In this document: piece by piece, positions 34,267-42,517 of the stretch
Layout of the letters: each line of letters opens with the position of its first letter
How positions within the stretch are numbered: position 1 is the stretch's first letter
Source of the DNA: Chiloscyllium plagiosum
Lineage: Eukaryota
Direction of reading: 5' to 3'
NCBI RefSeq assembly: GCF_004010195.1
Contig: NC_057718.1
Coordinates: 94,652,297 to 94,694,813 of the forward strand
Length of the DNA stretch: 42,517 nucleotides
Notes under the pieces: generated by a model
The model's input: only the letters and a program-made list of their open reading frames with translations
Database searches by the model: none
What the model was told of the DNA's origin: nothing
Program-made: the position numbers and the translations under genes

Positions 34267-34729
34267 AGCTATATGGATCACATGCCATGGCATGGCAATG
34301 ATATCATAAGGATGTCCCTTAAAGGTATATCTATTGCAAGACATAACAGAAAACCTCTCTTTTCCTAAGTTACATGTAATCCCAAATAGCTATATCATTG
34401 TTTGTAGACATTCATTGTCAATTCAACAGTTATTAGATGTATAAAAAGAGTTAGCAAGATTAATAATTCAGGCTTTGATATAATGTTTTGGACGTTTGGC
34501 AACTGGACCTGATCTGGGTTGATTGTTTACCCATTGCAAAGAAGTATGTCTTATTCTTGGCTGATTTTGGCTGATATCTTGGTTGTCTTAATGTTGCTAG
34601 TTGGTCCTTTGCAAGGTCACACAGTTTTCATCAGAGTTTTCTTCCTCACTCTCTTTGTATGATTGGCATGTCATACATAGTGCTGAGCTGGCATTCTGTT
34701 CCTTCACAATCTAGCTCCGTGGAACCAAT

Positions 34730-35470
34730 CTGAAGCCCATCTAATCTTCACTATTCTATTTTAGTCCATATGTCTATCCAATGACTATTTAAATGCCCTT
34801 AAAGTTGGTGAGTCTACTACTGTTGCAGGCAGTGCGCTCCATGCCCCGACTACTCTCGGAGTAAAGAAACTACCTCTGCCATCTGTCTTTATCTATCACC
34901 CCTCAATTTAAAGCTATGTCCCCTCATGCTAGCCATTACCATCCAAGGAAAAAGGCTCTTACTGTTCACTCTATCTAACATTCTGATTACTTTAGATGTC
35001 TCAATTAAGTTACCTCACATCCCTCTTCTCTCCAACAAAAACACTGGTCTATAATTTCCAAGGTTGCCTCTACTCCCCCTCTTGAACAAGGGAACAACAT
35101 TTGCTATCCTCCAGTCTTCAGGCACTACTCCTGTAGACAATGACAACATTAAGCTCAAAGCCAAAGGCTCTGCAATCTCCTCCCTAGCTTCACATAGAAT
35201 CCTAGAATCAATCCCGTCCGGCCCAGGGGACTTATCTATTTTCACACTTCCCAGAATTGCGAACACATCCTCCTTGTGAACCTTAGTCCCATCTAGTCTA
35301 GTAGTCCGTATCTCAGTATTGTCCTTGACAACATTATCTTTTACCAGTGTGAATTTCCAGGATCTATATCCCTTATCATTTTATAAATATCTGTAAGGTC
35401 ACCCTTCAACCTTGATATCCTGGTAAATTTCTTCTGGACTTCTCCAGCTTAATAATATCCTTCCGATAAC
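34730..35470 (-). mobile_element. Rearranged or internally deleted CR1 LINE pieces
   Basis: 3' portion at 34730-35040 joined directly to the RT N-terminal piece DKSPGPDGI..RIL.EAREEIAEPL...VPEDWRIANVVPLFKRG....GNYRPV (35043-35355), plus a further piece at 35360-35470. Confidence 0.85.
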
Positions 35471-35815
35471 TGTATAACGTTTTTCTGTTTTGCTCTTCTG
35501 TTAAGGAAGGCCTATGGGGCCTAACTCCAGTTTTAACAAGGATTTGTATGGGAATCAATGCTTCACATAAAGTTATTTCACTTAAATACACCATTTACAG
35601 GAATACAGCCGACTTTAATCACCCGCCCACTTCCCCCACCCCAGTAATACTATTTGCAATAAATATACATTTTTAATCACAAATAAAATAAAAATACAGA
35701 CACTTATGAAAATTAAAGGTCAGGCAATTTTGTTCATTAACTCTCTAGTCAAGGCTATAACACCAGTGCAATGATCCAACACATTCTGCGACATGTAGAT
35801 AAAATCTGGAGCGAT

Positions 35816-36759
35816 TGTAATGAGGTCAGTGAGGTGGACGTCATAGAATATGAGTTCCCTTGATTAGGGCTGTTAATCTGGTCCAATCATGGAGCCCTGG
35901 CTGACAGATCTAAACAGGAGGGTCAGAGGTTCACATCACTCTGAGTGGTAAGGTCCTAGGGAGTGTTACTGAACAAAGAGACCTTGGAGTGCAGGTTCAT
36001 AGCTCCTTGAAAGTGAAGTTGCAAGTAGATAGGATAGCGAAGAAAGCGTTTGATATGTTTTCCTTTATTAGTCAGAGTATTGAGTACAGGAGTTGGGAGG
36101 TCATGTTGCAGCTGTACAGGACATTGGTTAGGCCACTGTCGGAATATTGTGTGCAATTCTGGTCTCCTTCCTATCAGAAAGATGTTGTGAAACCTGAAAG
36201 GGTTCAGAAAAGATTTACAAGGATGTTGCCAGGGTTGGAGGGTTTGAGCTATAGGGAGAGGCTGAACAGGCTGGGGCTGTTTTCCCTGGAGCATCTGAAG
36301 CTGAGGGGTGACCTTACAGAGGTTTACAAAACTATGAGAGGCATGGATAGGATAGATAGACAAAGTCTTTTCCCTGGGGTCGGGGAGTCCAGAACTAGAT
36401 GGCATAGGTTTAGGTTGAGAGGGGAAAGATTTAAAAGAGACCTACGGGGCAACCTGTTCACACAGAGGGTGGTACAGGTAAGGAATGAGCTGCCAGTGGA
36501 AGTGGTGGAGGCTGGTACAATTGCAACATTTAAGAGGTATTTGGATGGGTATATGAATAGGAAGGGTTTGGAGGGATATGGGCCGGGTGCTGGCAGGTGG
36601 GACTAGATTGGGTTGGGATATCTGGTCAGCATGGAATGGTCTGTTTCCATGCTGTACATCTGTATGACTCTATGACTCTAGCTGGCTCAAGGCCCAGTGT
36701 CAAGAACTATGCGTGTAGATACAGGGTGACGGGATACTGACCTCTGTGAAGTTATTTCA
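35816..36759 (+). mobile_element. Probable short solo LTR split by a CR1 insertion (35816-35945 and 36681-36759)
   Basis: TGTAATGAGG...GTTATTTCA termini, with CCAAT and a TATA-like TAAACAG in the first part. TSD not evident. Confidence 0.6.
35946..36680 (+). mobile_element. CR1/HER1 LINE, 5'-truncated, relatively young
   Basis: Uninterrupted 205-aa ORF2 C-terminus (35989-36606) and a GACTCTATGACTCTA tail. Confidence 0.95.
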
Positions 36760-36797
36760 GAGCCCTTGTGGTAATTGCATTCCTGGGTTCAAATAGA

Positions 36798-37121
36798 AGG
36801 AAGTCTTGCTTTTACACAGCACAATTTACAACTTCAGGCTGTCCCAGGTCGTCACAGCCCATACAGTAAATTCAAGTTTTAGTGACTTCTGTCATAAAGC
36901 AAAAGCAGCAGCCAATTTGAACACAGCAAGATCCCACAGATGGCAGTATGATAATGACTTATTTGTTTCAGTACCACTGATGTAGGAACAAATATTGGCT
37001 GGAAAGCTGGGAGATCTCCCCTGTTCTTCATCGAATAGTCACCCTGGGAGTGAGAAGGGGCCTTGTATAAGGGACCTCGTCAGAGAGCACTTCTGACAGC
37101 GTAGCACTCTCTCAGTGCTCC
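36798..37121 (-). mobile_element. Deu-domain SINE (SacSINE1-like), near full length, old
   Basis: GCAGCCAATTTGAACACAGCAAGATCCCACA...AAATATTGGC...CTCCCCTGTTCTTC..GAATAG...GACAGCGTAGCACTCTCTCAGT. Confidence 0.7.
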
Positions 37122-37399
37122 CATAAAATAATATTACTTATCAAATGTTACATAAAGCAGCGTTAAATAATTGGCTGCCATTTAGGAATAGCATCCAGTT
37201 TGAATGGTTTAAAAACAGTCAAGTGTGTTCAATCGCTGAATAATCATTGTTTGTTTGTTTATAGCAATAGCTGTCATTTAACTCTCAATTGTCTCAACAG
37301 ACTCCCTGCTTGTTGAATTGAGATGTTGAGTATAGCTATTTAGAGGTCTAGGCATGCCAATACTGATTTCTGATTCTGAGTCCAGTCATGACAAAACCA

Positions 37400-37620
37400 G
37401 GAATGGGATGTGACCAGAAAGAGTCAGTGAGCTCCTTAATGGGGCACTCGGCTGAACTGTTGGTAGGCTGGGAGGGAGGTGGTGTGAGGTTACCATGAGG
37501 GACTCTCCTTCTCAATCTCTCCCCTCACTCGGAGTATGATGACCTTCAGGGTAAACAACCACCAGCCATCTCCAATGAGGGAGTAGCCCTATGATCTGGT
37601 AAGACTGTAGTGACTCTTTA
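37400..37620 (+). mobile_element. SINE-like repeat
   Basis: TGAGGTTACCATGAGGGACTCTCCTTCTCAATCTCTCCCCTCAC...GGTAAGACTGTAGTGACT, the reverse complement of 31860-32150. Confidence 0.65.
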
Positions 37621-38652
37621 CCTCTTTTCTCGAGTTGATCAATAAAAAGTAACGAGAAAGTTGAGATGGTAGCTTGCGTGGTGTGGATATAGCTGGACCC
37701 TTCTGTGCAAAATAATCAGCAAGTCAACCAGTCTGAGCTCGGAGCTCTGTTTGAACTTGTCCTTCAACAATAAATGATTAATGCTTGCAGTTCATTATGT
37801 TCTTCGCTAAGATAATTATAGGTTTGACCTTACTCCTTCACAGCTCCTTAGTCATATTCAGTAGGATGTGATTTTATATTTCTGCAATAGATCTTGTTGG
37901 CTCCTAGCTGTCTCCTAGTTGATTTTAACCTACTACGAATCCTCTTGCAAGGATGCCTTCCTTGAAGAAGCTCTCTTCCTCCCTTACACCAGATGAAGGT
38001 GAGTAGATGATATAATTGATTTTCAATCACAATTATAACATTCTTAACGTAACTGCTGAGTTTCAGAAAATCCATAACCACTTATTGCTGAAGGATCAAT
38101 GGGAGCAGTGTTAGAGCTCTGTGAGTATGACATCTCTTTATTTGCTTTATCATTTAAATTCATCAGTTGCTATCATGGCATGAGTGAGACAAACCAAATT
38201 GACCACAGAAAGACAAGTCTTTACACTTTCCAACAATGTAATTAGGTAATTACTATCAAACAGCCTCTTCAGAACTGAAAATTAACTAAGACGTGTGGAA
38301 ACTCAATCACTCAAATTTTAACTGTTGCTGGAGATTTTAAAATTTCTTTCTTTGCTATTTTCCTTTTCTTTTTCTTGTCGATCAAGTCTGCATCTCTGTC
38401 TTTTTTATTTTTTAACCTGATTTGACATTACGTCAACCAACCCTAATTTTCACATTCTTCCCAGACATTACACTGTCAATTTTATAAAACTTCAACCTGA
38501 TTGGTTAAGGACATACTTAGTTCTGCTGTCTTCATTCAATCAGTCTTTCATTCTGCCATTAGCAGCTCAGACTCACAGCGACCTGACACGAAAACAAAAA
38601 TTGAAAAATGTGAACACTTAAGATGGGTCTGACTAATGTCTAATATCTTTAC

Positions 38653-38970
38653 ATCATAGAATTCCTATAGTATGGAAGCAGGCCATTCAGCCTATCAAGT
38701 CCACACCGACCCTCAAAACATCATCCAACCCAGACCCACCCCCATACCCTATCCCTGTAACCCTGCATTTCCCATAGCTAATCCACCTAGCTTGCACATC
38801 CCTGGACTCTATGGGCAATTTAGTATGGGAATCCAGCTAACCTGCACACCTTTGGACTGTAGGAGGAAACAAGAGCAAACCCACGCAGACACGGGGAGAA
38901 TGTGCAAACTCCACACAGACAGCTGCCCGAGGCTGGAATCGAACCCAGTGCCAGTGAGCCACCATGCCAC
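38653..38970 (-). mobile_element. HE1 SINE
   Basis: CATAGAATTCCTATAG..GCAGGCCATTCAGCC...GAGAATGTGCAAACTCCACACAGACAG..GGAATCGAACCC. Confidence 0.88.
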
Positions 38971-39444
38971 TCAGATGCCCAGCTACAATGCAATCCATTG
39001 ATTAGTTTGCTTTTGGGGAGGTGGACTCTGCAAACAGTAAAGAGGTGCAGAAACCTATGAACCATGTCATTAGCTATGCTGGTTAATTATCAGCCACTGG
39101 CATTTCTCCACCAATGCAATGACCCTCCTGCTCTAGTAAGCAAGGAGAAGCTACTTCTATTGACAGGAGGCTTGGTAACCAGGGAAACAGACTTGAGATG
39201 ACTGGCAAAGGTCATTATATCCTGACGCTCCTATTTCCATCTGCATGGATCTCTGTCCCTTCATTCGCACCTCTCAGACACACACTGAAACTGCTGGAAA
39301 TCTCAATTAGAAATGAAAGGTGTTGGAATTGCTCATCTGCTTCGATTTACCAACATCACAGACTAACAGTAATATTCCACCAACAACTTTTATTTTAAAT
39401 ACAAATGTGAGTAAAAATGCGATAATGATGGGATAATGAAAAGG

Positions 39445-40112
39445 CTAGAGGTACAAGTTCACAGCTCCTTGAAAGTGAAGTCACAGATAGACAGGGTGGT
39501 GAAAAAGGCTTTCGGCATGGTTGCTTTACCCAGCCAGCCTATTGGGTATTGGAGTTGGGACGTCTTATTGCAGCTGTACAAGACGTTGTTAAGGCCACAT
39601 TTGAAGTACCACTTGCTGATCGCCCTACTATAGAAAAGATATTATTAAACTGGAACGAGTGCAGATAAGATTAACTAGGATGCTATCCAGACTGGAAGGT
39701 TTGAATTATAAGGGAAAGCTGGATAGGCTGGGACCTTCTTCCATGGAGTGTAGGAGGCTGAGGGGTTACCTTATAGAGGCTTATAAAATCATAAAAGCCA
39801 ACAGCTTTTCCCCATGGTAGGGGAGTCTAAAGCTAGAGGGCATAGGTATATTGTGAGTGGGAAAAGATGCAGAAGGGTGCAGAGAGGCACCTTTTTCACA
39901 GAGAGGGTGATCAGTATCTGGTGGGCTGCCAGAGTCAGTGGTGGAGCCAAGTACAATTTTGTCATTCAAGAAACATTTACACAGGTACATGGATGGGATA
40001 GATATGGAGAGATATGGACCAAATACAGGCAAATGGGACTATTTAATTTTGGAAGCTGAACAGTATGGGAATGATGAGCTGAAAGGCCTGTAGACCGCTA
40101 TGACTCTATCAC
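39445..40112 (+). mobile_element. CR1/HER1 LINE 3' fragment, decayed
   Basis: LEVQVHSSLKVKSQIDRVVKKAFGM...LLQLYKTLLRPHL. Confidence 0.88.
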
Positions 40113-40369
40113 ACTATGAGCAAATCTGTTGTTGTCATATTGGTCAGGACAGGACAGCAATGGAAACCTACTGCTCTTCTCTGAACTGGTAGCACGTGGC
40201 CTTTTAGATGCACCTGAGGGCTCCCCTTAATGTCACTTCTGAAAGTTAGCACAATGAAGCTCTCTGTGAAGAGAGGTGAGAGGGACAGGGTTGTTTCAGT
40301 GAAGTAGAGCAGGCTGGGTGGGGCAGTGGTTCCATCCAGTTGTGGTGTACAACATTCTGAGGGGCAAAG

Positions 40370-40693
40370 GCAGGTTAGAGCAGAGAAACCTTACCCCTTA
40401 GTAAAGGGGTTAGTAACCACGGAGCCACAGTTTTAAGGTGAAAACCAGTAGGTTAAGACGGGATTTAAGAAAAAAAACAATTCAACCAGAGGCTGGTAGG
40501 TATCTGGAACTCACTACCAGTGAGGATAGTAGAAGCAGAAACCTGCAAGATATTTAAGAACGATTTAAACGAATACATGAAGCACCATAGCATGTGCTAG
40601 AAAATGGGATTAGAATGGATAGATGCTTGATGACCAGCATGGACGTGATAGGCTGAATAGCCTGTTTCCATGCTGTAAAAACTTTGTGACTCC
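40370..40693 (+). mobile_element. Old CR1 LINE 3' end
   Basis: TCTGGAACTCACTACCAGTGAGGATAGTAGAAGCAGAAACC...GCCTGTTTCCATGCTGTA. Confidence 0.7.
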
Positions 40694-40896
40694 CTACCAG
40701 TAGTGCTAATTGTGATCACAAGCACTTCAGTGGACTTGAATCCATAACCTTATAATGCAAAGGGGAGATTGCTACCAACTACACACCTAACACATTATCA
40801 CAAGGGGCACTCAACAAGTCAGACAGTATCTGTGCAGAGAGACAGTGTTCAGGTATTGAATTCAATGAAACTTCTTCAGAACTGAAATGAAGTCAT

Positions 40897-41174
40897 ACAC
40901 AGACTGAGAGAGAGGGGTACAGAGAGTGGGAGAGAGAGAGGGGGCACAGACAGACACATAGAGAGAGAGAGACAGAGAGATAGGTAGAGAGATAGAGAGG
41001 CACAGACTGAGAGAGAGAAGCACAGAGAGTGGGAGAGAGAGAGGGGCACAGACAGACAGAGAGAGAGGTAGAGAGAGAAAGGCTCAGACTGAAAGAGAGA
41101 GAGATGCACAGAGTGGGAGAGAGAGAGGGGCACAGACAGACAGAGAGAGGGAGAGAGAGAGAGAGATAGGCACA
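40897..41174. repeat. GA-rich minisatellite (GCACAGAGAGTGGGAGAGAGAGAGGGGCACAGACAGAC units) abutting a gap
   Basis: Direct inspection. Confidence 0.9.
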
Positions 41175-41263
41175 NNNNNNNNNNNNNNNNNNNNNNNNNN
41201 NNNNNNNNNNNNNNNNNNNNNNNNNNNNNNNNNNNNNNNNNNNNNNNNNNNNNNNNNNNNNNN
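41175..41263. other. Assembly gap (89 N)
   Basis: N run. Confidence 1.
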
Positions 41264-42517
41264 AGGACCACACACCGCAAAAAAACGGCACGAAAAGAAA
41301 AAATGGCCAAACTAACACACAACAAAGAGGACACCACAACACACACCTGGGTTAAAAACCTCTCCCACAGACAGCTCACAGACACGGAAAGAACAATACT
41401 GGCCAAGGGACTCAACTACAACCACAGGGACGCCAAGACAGCAGACTTCCTAGCAGCACTAGAATGCACACTCAGGAACAATGGACTGACAGAAGAGACA
41501 CAACAAACAGTGAGACAAAGTATCGTACCCCTGATAACAAGGAAAAAACAAACACATAACCTCAACCCCAAGGAGAGGGAAACACTAAAAGCACTAAGAA
41601 ACGATAAGACCATAATCATACTACCAGCAGACAAAGGCAGAATGACGGTCATCCTGGACAAAGCAGAGTTCATCCAAAAAGCGCAACAACTACTTGCAGA
41701 TACCAACACCCACCAAAAGAGGGAGTTTGACCCCACCCCACAGCTCACCAATAAGATAAACAACACACTGAGGAACCTACAAAAAAACGGCCAGATAACC
41801 AGGTCTGACCTACAGAGAATGAAATCTGAAAGCAACAACACCCCCAGATTCTATGGACTACCTAAAGTGCACAAACCAGACATCCCACTCAGACCCATAG
41901 TGTCACTATCAGGGACACCATCACACAAACTGGCTAAAGAACTACAGCAGAAACTGAAACACTTGATCAGCGGATCCAGACACTCTATACAATCAACACA
42001 GGAATTCTTGGACATCATCAGAAATATACACATAGACAAGGAAGAAACCATGGTCTCATTCGATGTAACGGCACTGTTCACCTCTATCAACAAAACTCTA
42101 GCCAGAGAAACAATAGCCATCCTGCTGGAGATACAGAACAGACAACAGGACTGTGAACCTATCAACAAAGACGGCATACTCAAACTACTGGACCTGTGCC
42201 TCACAACACACTTCACTTTCAACAACCAAATATATGAACAAATCAACGGCACACCCATGGGCTCACCCATCTCTGGACTCATAGCAGAAGCGGTGATGCA
42301 AAGGTTAGAACAAACAGTCTTACCGCAAATTCAACCCAAACTCTGGGTAGGGTATGTGGATGACACCTTTGTAATCATTAAAAACACAGAAATAGAGAAT
42401 ACACACCAGCTCATCAACGCCACACTCACAGGAATCCGATTCACGAGAGAGGAAGAAAAGGACAACCGACTCCCATTCCTAGACGTGATGGTACAGAGAA
42501 CACCTAACGGAGAATTC
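41264..42517 (+). mobile_element. Penelope/Poseidon-type PLE reverse transcriptase, frame open to the window end (418 codons)
   Basis: WVKNLSHRQLTDTERTILAKGLNY, LPADKGRMTVILD, PRFYGLPKVHKPDIPLRPIVS, SFDVTALFTSI, GTPMGSPIS, YVDDTF and LPFLDV all lie in one frame. Absent from the ORF track because no stop occurs in the window. Confidence 0.95.

Noticed and set aside
37890..38004. Possible exon (…GCAATAG acceptor to AAG|GTGAGT donor)
   Set aside because: Stops in all three frames and no PRDM2 similarity. Could only be a non-coding or poison exon, which is unsupported
40876..42282. Minus-strand ORFs of 141-179 aa
   Set aside because: Antisense shadows of the PLE RT frame, the minisatellite and the N gap

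Overview
This is repeat-dense genomic DNA from a cartilaginous fish, inferred from abundant HE1 SINE, HER1/CR1 LINE and Deu-domain SINE copies. It has two assembly gaps (27241-28200 and 41175-41263). The only host protein-coding signal I can support is the 5' end of a PRDM2 (RIZ1)-like gene on the + strand: a short start-codon exon at 3010-3072 (MEE) and a 118-nt exon at 5934-6051 leading into the PR/SET domain. I did not find the next exon by eye, so the remaining ~36 kb looks like one large intron. That stretch holds CR1/HER1, Rex1, L2, SINEs, candidate solo LTRs, a pogo/Tigger MITE and at least two Penelope-like element (PLE) lineages. One PLE has an uninterrupted reverse transcriptase frame at the window end that the ORF track missed. 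The most notable item is a tRNA-Leu-derived gene whose anticodon is TTA (reads the UAA stop codon). It is fused head-to-head to a truncated PLE inside a hairpin element, and the whole composite is bounded by a 12-bp target-site duplication (TSD). Also notable are more than ten short hairpin or half-hairpin elements carrying minimal hammerhead-ribozyme cores, several with 8-15 bp TSDs, and two upstream AUGs in the PRDM2 start exon. Almost all ORFs in the supplied track are transposon fragments or spurious. All calls were made by eye and family names come from recalled consensus motifs, not database searches. Repeat boundaries are approximate unless a TSD is given.
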